A stretch of 34,207 nucleotides of DNA from a virus. Taxonomy: Duplodnaviria; Caudoviricetes. A program made the position numbers and the translations under genes. The notes below the pieces were generated by a model that was not told the DNA's origin, did not search any database, and was given only the letters and a program-made list of their open reading frames with translations. The stretch covers positions 1-34,207 of the IMG/VR virus record IMGVR_UViG_3300031965_000103; one strand, written 5' to 3'. The stretch's first letter is position 1, and every line of letters starts with the position of its first letter. Shown here piece by piece: positions 26,233-34,207 of the stretch.

Positions 26233-26760
26233 ATGGCCTTCGACTGGAAAGCAACAGTAAGAGCAATAGCCCCGACAATAGGTACCGCCCTGGGCGGACC
26301 ATTCGCCGGCATGGCTACAAAATTCGTAGCCGATAAATTTCTCGGCAACCCGGACGCTACTGAGGCAGACATAGCACTGGCCATTACCACGGCCTCGCCG
26401 GAAAAACTCCTCGACCTGAAAAAGCTCGACCAGGACTTCAAAATTCAACTCCGCGAGCTGGACATAAAAACCTACCAGTTGGAGATCCAGGACCGTACCT
26501 CCGCCCGGGTGGACCTACGGGATGACCGGCGGACCCAGGCTATTTTGTCTGCGGTCTTTATCGCCGGTTATTTCGGCTTTATTTTTTTTCTGTTCACCGG
26601 TGATTCCGTGCAGGATCTCACCGGGGAAGTCCTGGGTATAGCCTCAACCCTGATCGGGGTGGTCACGGCTGCCATACCGATGATCCTGCAATTCTGGTTC
26701 GGGTCATCGATGGGCAGCAAAAACAAAGACGCGACCATATCAGACATGGGAAAACAGTAA
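26233..26760 (+). CDS. Holin-like membrane protein
   Basis: APTIGTALGGP; DRTSAR; two hydrophobic segments; FWFGSS.GSK.KD. Confidence 0.75.
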   Translation: MAFDWKATVRAIAPTIGTALGGPFAGMATKFVADKFLGNPDATEADIALAITTASPEKLLDLKKLDQDFKIQLRELDIKTYQLEIQDRTSARVDLRDDRRTQAILSAVFIAGYFGFIFFLFTGDSVQDLTGEVLGIASTLIGVVTAAIPMILQFWFGSSMGSKNKDATISDMGKQ

Positions 26761-26799
26761 ATGAGGTCATTTCCCGAACACAGACAATCGGGGGAAACA

Positions 26800-27084
26800 A
26801 TGGTAGACGAACGACAAAAACCGACAAGGAGAATTATGGAAGGACGCCGGGAGCAGGACGCCTCTCCGCACCTGATGTGTACCGCCCACTCAGGAATGGA
26901 GATCAAGACAAATATATTGCTGGCCATGACCTCCGTGGCCACCGCCCTGCTTATTATCGCCATCAATATCCTGATCGGTATCAGTAGCGGCCTGACCACC
27001 AATAAAATTGAGATCCAGCATGTCCAGGCCAAGACCATCAGCCTGGAAGAGCGGATCAACAGGATCGAGCGGGGTGAAAAATGA
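26800..27084 (+). CDS. Single-TM lysis-region protein with coiled coil
   Basis: C.AHSG motif, one hydrophobic stretch and LEERINRIE; overlaps the endolysin start. Confidence 0.6.
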   Translation: MVDERQKPTRRIMEGRREQDASPHLMCTAHSGMEIKTNILLAMTSVATALLIIAINILIGISSGLTTNKIEIQHVQAKTISLEERINRIERGEK

Positions 27085-27536
27085 CCTACATTCCGAAACA
27101 TTTTGCACCGCACGAGCTGGTCCCGCCGGACATCTACGGAGAGCTGAACGGGGATCAGGTTAAAATTTTCCGGCTGTTTGATGACAGACTGCTGATAACC
27201 CTGGACCGCCTCCGGGAGAGATACGGGCTAATCACCGTCAACAACTGGCTCTGGGACGGAGGGCGGACGGAATCAGGACTGCGCAATCCAAGGACTGCCA
27301 CCGGGGGGGGGGCGCGCTGGAGCGATCACAAGTTTGGCCGGGCTATAGACTGCCTGTTCAAAAAAACTACGCCGGACCAGGTCCGCCGGGATATTCTGGA
27401 CGATCCCTATTGGTACACCTTTGAGTTCATCACCTGCCTGGAAATGACCATATCCGGACAGCCGATTTCCTGGCTGCATTTTGCCACCAGAAACTGGGAC
27501 AAAAAAAGCAACGGCATCCTGCAGCTTCACCTGTGA
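27081..27536 (+). CDS. Endolysin, peptidase M15 family
   Basis: HF...ELV; LDRLRE; SGLR; SDHKFGRAID; WLHF zinc ligands. Confidence 0.88.
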   Translation: MTYIPKHFAPHELVPPDIYGELNGDQVKIFRLFDDRLLITLDRLRERYGLITVNNWLWDGGRTESGLRNPRTATGGGARWSDHKFGRAIDCLFKKTTPDQVRRDILDDPYWYTFEFITCLEMTISGQPISWLHFATRNWDKKSNGILQLHL

Positions 27537-27562
27537 TCGGCCGTGACAAACTATGATCAGTT

Positions 27563-27931
27563 ATGACCACTCGAACGATCTACCGGGCTATGATCATCAA
27601 AAGCGACCACTGGGTAACCGGACACCATTTCCTGCACAAGTACGACAATAATCCTATCAAGCATATCATCGACACCGGTACCGCCTGCCACGAGGTAGAC
27701 CCGGCAACCATCGCCGCCTACACCGGCCAGGACGACAAAAACGGCCGGCAGATTTTCGACCTGATGAAACTGAAAGACACCTCCGGCAATATCGGCGTTG
27801 TTTTTTTTATCAACGGCGCCTGGCGGGTAGATTTCGATAAAGGAAAATTTCTTGACTACAACTCGTCGCTGCTGATCGGCGACCATGGCGGCGGTGAGCG
27901 GTTCGAGATTGTGGAGGACAGTCCATCCTGA
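27563..27931 (+). CDS. YopX-like protein
   Basis: IYRA...WV.G; EVDPATIAAYTGQDDKNGRQIF. Confidence 0.7.
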   Translation: MTTRTIYRAMIIKSDHWVTGHHFLHKYDNNPIKHIIDTGTACHEVDPATIAAYTGQDDKNGRQIFDLMKLKDTSGNIGVVFFINGAWRVDFDKGKFLDYNSSLLIGDHGGGERFEIVEDSPS

Positions 27932-27958
27932 AACATGGACAAATGTGGACAAATTAAT

Positions 27959-28000
27959 AAAACGGGGAGTAACCGAAAAGAGCCGGTAACTCCCCGTTTT
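27959..28000. terminator. Bidirectional intrinsic terminator
   Basis: AAAACGGGGAGT / ACTCCCCGTTTT stem between convergent operons. Confidence 0.85.
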
Positions 28001-28003
28001 TAT

Positions 28004-28049
28004 TGGTACCCTCGGCGCGAATCGAACGCGCGACTCCAGGATTAGGAAT
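28004..28049 (-). tRNA. 3' half of tRNA-Arg(CCT), the attP core (not a complete tRNA)
   Basis: Minus strand ATTCCTAATCCTGGAGTCGCGCGTTCGATTCGCGCCGAGGGTACCA: anticodon loop TTCCTAA, T-loop TTCGATT, CCA end. Confidence 0.88.
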
Positions 28050-28144
28050 TATAAACGCGTGTTGTTTATAACAAATAATATTAAATAGTTAAAAGATTTG
28101 TCCTCAACACCACATGGACAGGTTTTTTTCAATACGGCCACAGG

Positions 28145-29179
28145 TTATTTAGTCCTGTGGTCGTTTTCGTTTTTCACCATGTCGTTCAGCTTCCGCCCCT
28201 GGCTGCGCAGATAATCGCCGGCCAGGTGCTGGTATATGCCGGTGGTATTTGGCGACGAGTGCCCCATTATCGACTGCAGGGCGGACAGATCGTAACCGGC
28301 CACCGTCGCCGCAGTGCCGAAGCTGTGGCGGAGAAGATGATGGTAGAGATGTTTGTCAACGCCCGCCTTGACCGCTGCCCGCAGCAGGGCCTTTCTGATA
28401 GTCAGATACGGCCGTCCTGTCGCCGGGTTGACGGTCAGCCAGCCCTTGACATCCCGCCGCTTGACCAGCTCCACCATTAGCCGGTCGGTAGAGATTGGTA
28501 CGATCCGCTCCTTGCTGCCCTTGCCGGTGACAAAAATAATGCCCTGCTCCAGCTCGACCTGCTCCCGGGTCAGCGTCATCGCCTCGGATCGCCGTAGCCC
28601 GGCATCGGCCATCAGCAGAAAAGCCAGACGGTATTCCGGATCGATAGCTTCAAAGACTGCGGTGATCTGCGCCGGCATCAGCGGCCTCGGCTTCGGCGCC
28701 CTGGTCATCCGGTTGGGAAATTTAGGGACAGTAAACGGCAGAGGATCGCACAGGTTGTTATCTGCCGCCCACTTGAGCAATACCGACAGATAGCTCAACT
28801 CCTTGTTGATGGTCCTCGGCTTGACCCCATCGGTCAGCCGTTTTTGTTTGTACGTCTCGATTGACTGCCGGGTGATCACCTTCGGCTGCAGGCGGCAGAA
28901 AAAATCCTTAAGGTGCTGCCAGCAGTTTTTTGCATCCTCCACCGTGCTTGCCGCCCGGTTGATCCGGTACGTCGCCAGCCATGATGGATAGATCCCCGCC
29001 ACCGACCTGGCCGACCGCTCCACCGCCTCGGCATGCCGCCGCATGATCCGCCGCTCGCAGTCGAGCGCCTGTGCCTCCGATCCCTGAAATGGTACCCGCT
29101 GCCGCCTGGCCTGGTATCCGTCCGGCCGGCAGTCGATGATCCACCAGCCGGGCTTTGATGGGTGGGGACGGACTGACAT
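28145..29179 (-). CDS. int: Tyrosine integrase
   Basis: GLRRSE; GKGSKER; HLLRH; MGH; IY catalytic residues; N-terminal arm-binding-like region. Confidence 0.96.
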   Translation of the reverse strand: MSVRPHPSKPGWWIIDCRPDGYQARRQRVPFQGSEAQALDCERRIMRRHAEAVERSARSVAGIYPSWLATYRINRAASTVEDAKNCWQHLKDFFCRLQPKVITRQSIETYKQKRLTDGVKPRTINKELSYLSVLLKWAADNNLCDPLPFTVPKFPNRMTRAPKPRPLMPAQITAVFEAIDPEYRLAFLLMADAGLRRSEAMTLTREQVELEQGIIFVTGKGSKERIVPISTDRLMVELVKRRDVKGWLTVNPATGRPYLTIRKALLRAAVKAGVDKHLYHHLLRHSFGTAATVAGYDLSALQSIMGHSSPNTTGIYQHLAGDYLRSQGRKLNDMVKNENDHRTK

Positions 29180-29574
29180 TAGAACGAAATGTATTTTCCA
29201 GGATTTTTGCCGCCGCTGGTGTCGTTTAAAGATCCGCCGGCGGCAGCTGCTTTAAGCCGGTACATGATTTCACCCGACCAGTTTTCCCCACTGCCGGTGC
29301 CGTTCGGCCGCTGGTGGATCCTGGCCATGGTCTCGGTGGAGAGATCGCAGCCGAAAACAACAACGTCCGCGTCGCTTTGATAGGTTATCTGATAGTTTAC
29401 CTGGTTTGGAAAATCGTCTATCAACGTGAGCAGTGCCTTGGCCTGTTTGTCACTGCCGAAATTGATTGATTGCCTGCCTATGTCCTGTTGTGCCCCGGCA
29501 GCCGCTGCTATGTTTGCCACAAATAACAGCCCCAAACACACCGTCAATGCAGAATATAGTTTACATTTTCGCAT
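29179..29574 (-). CDS. Exported protein, lysogeny-expressed candidate
   Basis: Signal peptide MRKCK...LGLLFVANIAAA; stop overlaps the integrase ATG. Confidence 0.7.
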   Translation of the reverse strand: MRKCKLYSALTVCLGLLFVANIAAAAGAQQDIGRQSINFGSDKQAKALLTLIDDFPNQVNYQITYQSDADVVVFGCDLSTETMARIHQRPNGTGSGENWSGEIMYRLKAAAAGGSLNDTSGGKNPGKYISF

Positions 29575-29643
29575 ATATACCACCAAGTAGTAAGTAAAGT
29601 TCACAGGTTAGGTTGTCGATAAGATCCAGGAAATAGAAAAATT

Positions 29644-30312
29644 CTACCCGGCGTTCTGCTCTCTTTTTTGCGGGGCAGCTCCAAGGGAAAGCAGCATCGC
29701 TTCCATCCTGGCCATACGCTCGGCCATCTCCGTTTCGTTTTTCTCCATCACCTCCAGCTTCTCGCTGATCGATCTCATTTCATCCTCCCGTTTAACCGCT
29801 TGATAAAAGGCCCGAACGTTTGCAGCCAGGGCCGACCTGTACACCGTGTTCGATTCAAGGACGGCGGTGGTCATGACGAGCATTTCGGACATTGACCACA
29901 AGCCCTGTTCACCTTCCTTTTCTGTTTCTTTCTGTATTTCCTGTTTTCCGGAAAGAGCCTTTCTTCCTTCTATTCTCTGTCTTTGTCGTTCGTTTCCAGG
30001 TTCGATCCTGGCCGAGATCTTGGCTTTGACATAACCCTGTAGCTCGGGAGGCAAGCCGTCTGGCCAGCTGGATGGCAACTGGTCAATGTTGCTCTTGTCG
30101 ATGATGGCCATGGGACCTTCTCCGGTCTCTAGCCAGTTCAAGGAAAGATATGGGCACTTTGCTAATATTTTTCCTGTATTAGCTATATTGTCATTTTTCA
30201 CCCATGAATAAATAGTTGTTGTCTTAATATCTAAATACTCTGCAAGTTGCTGATAATTCTTTTTATTTAAATGTCCTTGAAGCGCTGTAAGTATCTTTTT
30301 TACTTTTTGCAT
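29644..30312 (-). CDS. cI: CI-like repressor (HTH, no S24 peptidase domain)
   Basis: QQLAEYLDIKTTTIYSW; LNWLETGEGPM; divergent from a Cro-like gene. Confidence 0.85.
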   Translation of the reverse strand: MQKVKKILTALQGHLNKKNYQQLAEYLDIKTTTIYSWVKNDNIANTGKILAKCPYLSLNWLETGEGPMAIIDKSNIDQLPSSWPDGLPPELQGYVKAKISARIEPGNERQRQRIEGRKALSGKQEIQKETEKEGEQGLWSMSEMLVMTTAVLESNTVYRSALAANVRAFYQAVKREDEMRSISEKLEVMEKNETEMAERMARMEAMLLSLGAAPQKREQNAG

Positions 30313-30356
30313 AAAATACCTTTACAATTTTTTACCATTGAGCTAATAATAGACAA
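30313..30356. promoter_or_regulatory. Divergent cI/cro control region
   Basis: 44-bp AT-rich gap; TTTACA-N17-TAATAA toward cro. Confidence 0.55.
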
Positions 30357-30566
30357 ATGGAAAGTACAAAAACTAACATAAAAGCCGCCCTGAAGGCCAA
30401 AAGGCTAACCCAAACCGTCCTTTCCAAGCGGCTTCGGTGCAGCCTGCCGTTCCTCAGCCAGGTGATTTCAGGCGTCAGAACCAGCAAGAGAATCCAGGCC
30501 GGTCTGGCGGCATATATAGGCAAATCGGTTGAAGATATCTGGCCTAAAACCGAGGATCAACAATGA
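30357..30566 (+). CDS. cro: Cro/Ner-like HTH regulator
   Basis: IKAALKAKRLTQ..LS......FLSQVISG.RTS.RI...IWP. Confidence 0.85.
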   Translation: MESTKTNIKAALKAKRLTQTVLSKRLRCSLPFLSQVISGVRTSKRIQAGLAAYIGKSVEDIWPKTEDQQ

Positions 30567-30778
30567 AACACCTTATAGGCCGAAAAGCCACCTACCGTCC
30601 AGTGATGAACCAGCCCGAGATAACCAGCATAGTGCTGGATACGGAACAGCTGCAGAGGACAGACGGCAAGCCCCTGTACCGTCTGGATGGCAAACAGGTT
30701 TTCCTGCTGATCCTGGAAAACGGCGACAAGGTTGATGCCATTAACTGTTATTTTCCATCGGTATTCGCAGTTGAATAA
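30563..30778 (+). CDS. Hypothetical early protein
   Basis: GAGG RBS; ATGA overlap. Confidence 0.6.
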   Translation: MKHLIGRKATYRPVMNQPEITSIVLDTEQLQRTDGKPLYRLDGKQVFLLILENGDKVDAINCYFPSVFAVE

Positions 30779-30799
30779 GCCAAATTTAAACAAAAAAAT

Positions 30800-30883
30800 A
30801 CCTCAGCCCCTGGCGGTCGGGTTAATCCTGCCGTGGGTTCAATTGGTCGCACTTTTGATCCTAGCAGGGGCTGAGGTTTTTAT
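30800..30883 (+). ncRNA. Candidate structured cis-RNA
   Basis: 13-bp closing stem 30800-30812/30865-30877 enclosing two possible hairpins, followed by a T-run. Confidence 0.4.
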
Positions 30884-30929
30884 CAAGTTTTTCATAATTG
30901 CAGTAAATCACACCAACAAGGTGAGATAA

Positions 30930-31403
30930 ATGCCGAAAGAAAAAGAGAAAATGCAGTCCTGGCAAATATTCCACTTTGCCAGAAAGTACCTTACCCGCTC
31001 CACTCTCTACGCCATATTCGGCAAAAAGAACGCCCGCGCCGTCGATTACTGGTGCGAAGATCCACGCTACACCGCTAAGGCGGACGGAGCATACGACCCT
31101 ATCCAGGGCGTCAAGGCCCTGCTGTCCACCCTGGACGATCAGGGTCACTGCGGCGTTGTCCGGGCAGCCGTCGCCTATCTCTGCGAGGGTACATCCTGCG
31201 ATCTGGACCTGGACAACGCCAACCTGTCCGAACCGCTCCCCTGTATTACCGACGAAATACTTGCCGATTTCCGCGCAGTAGCCAACCTGCAGCGGGCAAT
31301 CGAGGAAGAGAGACACATCAGCGTTATTGAGGATTACAAGCTTGAGGCAATTGCCGAAATCGAGCGCACCGTTGCCCGATACCGCAAGGACGGAGGTCTG
31401 TAA
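30930..31403 (+). CDS. Putative CII-like regulatory protein
   Basis: Position in the early operon; HTH-like LYAIFGKKNARAVDYWCEDP. Confidence 0.5.
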   Translation: MPKEKEKMQSWQIFHFARKYLTRSTLYAIFGKKNARAVDYWCEDPRYTAKADGAYDPIQGVKALLSTLDDQGHCGVVRAAVAYLCEGTSCDLDLDNANLSEPLPCITDEILADFRAVANLQRAIEEERHISVIEDYKLEAIAEIERTVARYRKDGGL

Positions 31404-31404
31404 A

Positions 31405-31548
31405 ATGAAATGCTATGTCGCCATGCTGCTGACCGGCCTGATCCTGGCCTTGTGTGCCAGCCTGTATTTCAGGGATGATATTATAGCCCTGCAGCATTGT
31501 CTGTGCAGTGCCTCTCAAACTCACCTTTCAGCGGCAGCTAACCAATGA
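31405..31548 (+). CDS. Small membrane peptide
   Basis: GGAGG RBS; hydrophobic N-terminus; ATGA overlap. Confidence 0.5.
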   Translation: MKCYVAMLLTGLILALCASLYFRDDIIALQHCLCSASQTHLSAAANQ

Positions 31549-31760
31549 CCGACGACCTGCTGAAACAGATGATAGCCGAGATGGTCTCTATCCGCCGACT
31601 GCTGGCAGCCGTCCTGCATCAACAGCAGGTCGAAGGCGAGCTGGCCGAGATAAGAACCGAGCTGGACCAGGTGGAAGCCCAGGGCCAGGACATGGTCCAG
31701 TACCTCAAGCAACGGAGCAAGGTGGCCAACGCCTGCAATAAGAAGCCGCGGGCTCATTGA
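31545..31760 (+). CDS. Hypothetical coiled-coil protein
   Basis: Coupled ORF in the early operon. Confidence 0.55.
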   Translation: MTDDLLKQMIAEMVSIRRLLAAVLHQQQVEGELAEIRTELDQVEAQGQDMVQYLKQRSKVANACNKKPRAH

Positions 31761-31831
31761 TAGACTATGGGCCGAAACAAAGCCGTCGAAGCACGGATGT
31801 CGAGGAACTCCAGAATAAACCTGAGGATATT

Positions 31832-32149
31832 ATGAGCGAAGTGAGCGAAGTCAAACAGGATGAAATTCTTTACCTTTCCACAAACGAAGCTATACAGCTC
31901 GCTAAAAACGCGCCGGAGACAGCCGAGTTTGCCGTTTCCATCAGGTTGGATATGCCGGTTATAAAAGACCTCATGCCAACCGAAGGACCAATATCTAAAG
32001 ATGCATTCATCCAATATGTCAACGTATCAAAGCAGGAATTCATCCGCCTGTTAAAGCAGGGAAAACGGCAGTACCTGGAGGATAACGGTTATCGCCTGAT
32101 GATTTTGATAACCTCCTCCAGGATCCCGACCTATTGGATAACTCAGTGA
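31832..32149 (+). CDS. Hypothetical protein
   Basis: GAGG RBS before ATG 31832 (alternative TTG at 31757). Confidence 0.55.
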   Translation: MSEVSEVKQDEILYLSTNEAIQLAKNAPETAEFAVSIRLDMPVIKDLMPTEGPISKDAFIQYVNVSKQEFIRLLKQGKRQYLEDNGYRLMILITSSRIPTYWITQ

Positions 32150-32169
32150 TGACCCAGGGTCGTTAAGCG

Positions 32170-32427
32170 ATGATCGATCTCGACCGGATAAACGCCCGTC
32201 TCGATACCATAGAGGGCCTGTTACGGCAGCTGCTCGGCCGAGACACCGGAGCTGGTCCGATGCTGCCAGCCTCGGACCTTTATGCCGAGATCGCCAGGGT
32301 AAAGGCGGCCGGCGGAGATATGACCGAGCATTTCAAAGAAAAAGCGCGGCGAGCTATGCGCCAGGCTGCGGCTGAAAAGAAGGCCCAGCGGGCGAACAAG
32401 AGAGTGCAAAAAGGAACGGGACAATGA
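32170..32427 (+). CDS. Hypothetical protein
   Basis: ORF in a coupled chain. Confidence 0.6.
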   Translation: MIDLDRINARLDTIEGLLRQLLGRDTGAGPMLPASDLYAEIARVKAAGGDMTEHFKEKARRAMRQAAAEKKAQRANKRVQKGTGQ

Positions 32428-32609
32428 TCAAAAAACAAAGAGGTCTGCGTTTCAAGGACGCGGCGAATGAAGTCCTGGTCCGGATGTGGTTGAACACACT
32501 GGCCCTGCTGCCTTCCGCCATGACCCTCGTCCTGGTTGCCGGCGTGGTGATGCTGTCTGTTCTGGCGCTGGCCGACCTGGCCTGCACCGAGCCTAAAAAC
32601 TGGCTGTGA
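32424..32609 (+). CDS. Small membrane protein
   Basis: Hydrophobic stretch; ATGA overlap. Confidence 0.55.
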   Translation: MIKKQRGLRFKDAANEVLVRMWLNTLALLPSAMTLVLVAGVVMLSVLALADLACTEPKNWL

Positions 32610-32613
32610 TCGA

Positions 32614-32799
32614 ATGCGACCGACACGCATAATCAAGGCGCCGAAGAAGGGGCTGCACTGCGCCTGCTGCGGCTCAAGGATTCTGCCGGAGATGATCGTT
32701 GATGATATCATCTGCCCTTCCTGCCTTTCCGACCTGGCCGGGAAAGACCTGGCCTGGAGCGATTTCGTTTCAACTTCAACCAAAAAGAGAGAATCATGA
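32614..32799 (+). CDS. Small zinc-finger protein
   Basis: CACC...CPSC. Confidence 0.55.
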   Translation: MRPTRIIKAPKKGLHCACCGSRILPEMIVDDIICPSCLSDLAGKDLAWSDFVSTSTKKRES

Positions 32800-33338
32800 A
32801 CGACATAATGCTCGACCTGGAGACCATGGGTAACGGCCCGCAGGCGGCAATAATAGCGATTGGGGCGGTGGAGTTTGATGTTGTGGCGCAGGAGATCGGC
32901 GAGAAATTCTACACCGTGGTTGATCTGGCCTCTGCCGTCGAATCAGGCGGAGTCATCGACACAAGTACAGTTCTCTGGTGGATTCGGCAAAGCGATAAAG
33001 CCAGGGCTGAGATCGTCGGCCCTGGTCAGCATATCGACCTGGCCTTGTTGTTGTTCGCCTATTGGATGCAACAGCGAGGAGACAGGCCGTTTCTTCGCGT
33101 GTGGGGCAACGGCGCAGACTTCGATAATGTTATCCTTGCTTCCGCATACCGAAACGGCAAAAAACAACAGCCATGGGAATGGTTTAATAACCGCTGCTAC
33201 CGGACCGTAAAGAACCTGTATCCACATATAGTCATGCAGCGAGTTGGCGCGCACCATAAGGCCGTGGACGATGCGGAGAGCCAGGCTGTTCATCTGCTGC
33301 GGATATTAGCGGCCGATGCCGTTCCGGTGGCCGAATGA
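32796..33338 (+). CDS. DEDDh 3'-5' exonuclease (DUF5051-like)
   Basis: MLDLETMG; WGNGADFD; RCYRT; HKAVDDA..QA. Confidence 0.9.
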   Translation: MNDIMLDLETMGNGPQAAIIAIGAVEFDVVAQEIGEKFYTVVDLASAVESGGVIDTSTVLWWIRQSDKARAEIVGPGQHIDLALLLFAYWMQQRGDRPFLRVWGNGADFDNVILASAYRNGKKQQPWEWFNNRCYRTVKNLYPHIVMQRVGAHHKAVDDAESQAVHLLRILAADAVPVAE

Positions 33339-34078
33339 TCAAGCTGACCGTCGATACCGGCGCCTTGACCAAATACCTCGGCAGCTGCGAAAAAGAAGTC
33401 AACCGATCTCTGGAAGTCGCCCTCGATAACACCGCCGTCGATATCCGTAGGGAAGAGATCGACGAAATGAAGCGCGTGTTTGATAACCCCGTCCCATATA
33501 CCCTGAATAGCCTGAAGGTAACCAAAACCCGCAACCACAATATGCAAGCGTCCGTCTGGTTTAAAGACCCTGAGAGGATGGATGATCATTATCTCGCCCC
33601 CCAGGTGGAGGGTGGACAACGCAAGCTGAAGGGCTTTGAACGCTCAATAGAGGGGATCAAGTTTATCCCCGGTGCCGGGGTAAAGCTCAACAAGTCCGGT
33701 AACGTCACAGTGCGGCAGATCAAGAGTATCCTCTCCGCCATCAAGGAGAGTGGAACAAGCACCGACAAAGACTATGTCTTTATCAAGAGACACAAGAAGC
33801 TGCACCCCGGTATCTACCAGCGCTTTGCCTATCGCGAAAACAGGCTTAGCGGCAAGGCCAAGAAGAGCCTAGGTGTTTCCGGTGTGCATCAGAAGGGCAT
33901 GACACGCGGCAGGATATCCAGCATCATCCGTGCCCGTGGTCTGCGTCCGATGCTGCTGGTCGGTAAGCAGACGGCCAACGTCAAGCCCTTGCTCAAGTTC
34001 TACGATGTTGCACAGCGTGTCTGCGACAAGCAGTTCCGGTCCCACTTTCTCACCGAGCTGCAGAAGAGGTTGCCATGA
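33335..34078 (+). CDS. Basic virion morphogenesis/tail completion-like protein
   Basis: ALDNTA...MKRVFDNP..YT; YL.PQVEGG.R..K.FE; family typically found just upstream of cos/terS. Confidence 0.6.
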   Translation: MIKLTVDTGALTKYLGSCEKEVNRSLEVALDNTAVDIRREEIDEMKRVFDNPVPYTLNSLKVTKTRNHNMQASVWFKDPERMDDHYLAPQVEGGQRKLKGFERSIEGIKFIPGAGVKLNKSGNVTVRQIKSILSAIKESGTSTDKDYVFIKRHKKLHPGIYQRFAYRENRLSGKAKKSLGVSGVHQKGMTRGRISSIIRARGLRPMLLVGKQTANVKPLLKFYDVAQRVCDKQFRSHFLTELQKRLP

Positions 34079-34168
34079 TCCCCCTTGTCCCCCCTACGGG
34101 TAACTGCGGCGCAGGCAGGATAAGCATGGAAGAAAAGGCAGCGGCAGACCACCCCAGGCACCTTTTGC

Positions 34169-34207
34169 GGGTCCTCCCAGACCATCCCAACTGCGGGTCT
34201 TTCGTGC
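34169..34207 (+). other. cosQ-like GGGTCCT (34169-34175) and right copy of the 12-bp terminal repeat (34196-34207)
   Basis: Exact match to lambda cosQ, 20 nt before the terminal repeat. Confidence 0.7.

Larger units (their letters stand above)
27936..28120. mobile_element. attP: attP region with integrase arm-type repeats
   Basis: TGGACAAAT at 27936 and 27946 and CATGGACA at 28113 flank the tRNA-identity core; adjacent to the integrase 3' end. Confidence 0.8.

Noticed and set aside
28004-28049. Functional phage tRNA gene
   Set aside because: The 5' acceptor strand and D-arm are absent; this is the attP identity block
28145-29179. Integrase as an integron integrase serving the attC cassette
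   Set aside because: No IntI-specific insertion is evident before the HxxR motif, it has its own tRNA attP, and it lies ~18 kb away
30732-30929. 65-aa hydrophobic ORF
   Set aside because: It overlaps the upstream gene, has a weak start and covers the structured element; not supportable, though not excluded

Overview
This window looks like a complete ~34.2 kb temperate tailed phage (siphovirus-like) in its excised or virion form. The first and last 12 nt are identical, and a lambda-like cosQ (GGGTCCT) lies just upstream of the right-end copy. The attP is intact: the 3' half of tRNA-Arg(CCT) with flanking TGGACA arm repeats. Modules in order are: D5-like helicase, origin and DnaG-like primase; Nu1/GpA-type terminase; a ~2.8 kb accessory block (HNH, DUF5131 radical SAM, methyltransferase); lambda-type portal and Clp protease/scaffold with a P22-like coat; tail; lysis (holin-like, M15 endolysin); tyrosine integrase; CI/Cro switch and early genes. 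Four things stand out. (1) The methyltransferase is packaged as an integron-type cassette, with a canonical 60-bp attC supplying its RBS and start codon, a second half-attC, a mini-cassette remnant and an adjacent 13-8-13 lox-like palindrome, yet no IntI gene is present. (2) A palindrome family TCCCACGCT(GG/CC)AGCGTGGGA occurs at six loci, three of them inside open reading frames. (3) The cos site is ~5 kb away from the terminase genes. (4) There is a candidate structured RNA in the early operon. All product calls rest on motif recognition and gene order; no database searches were run. A host in Desulfobacterota is only a guess.
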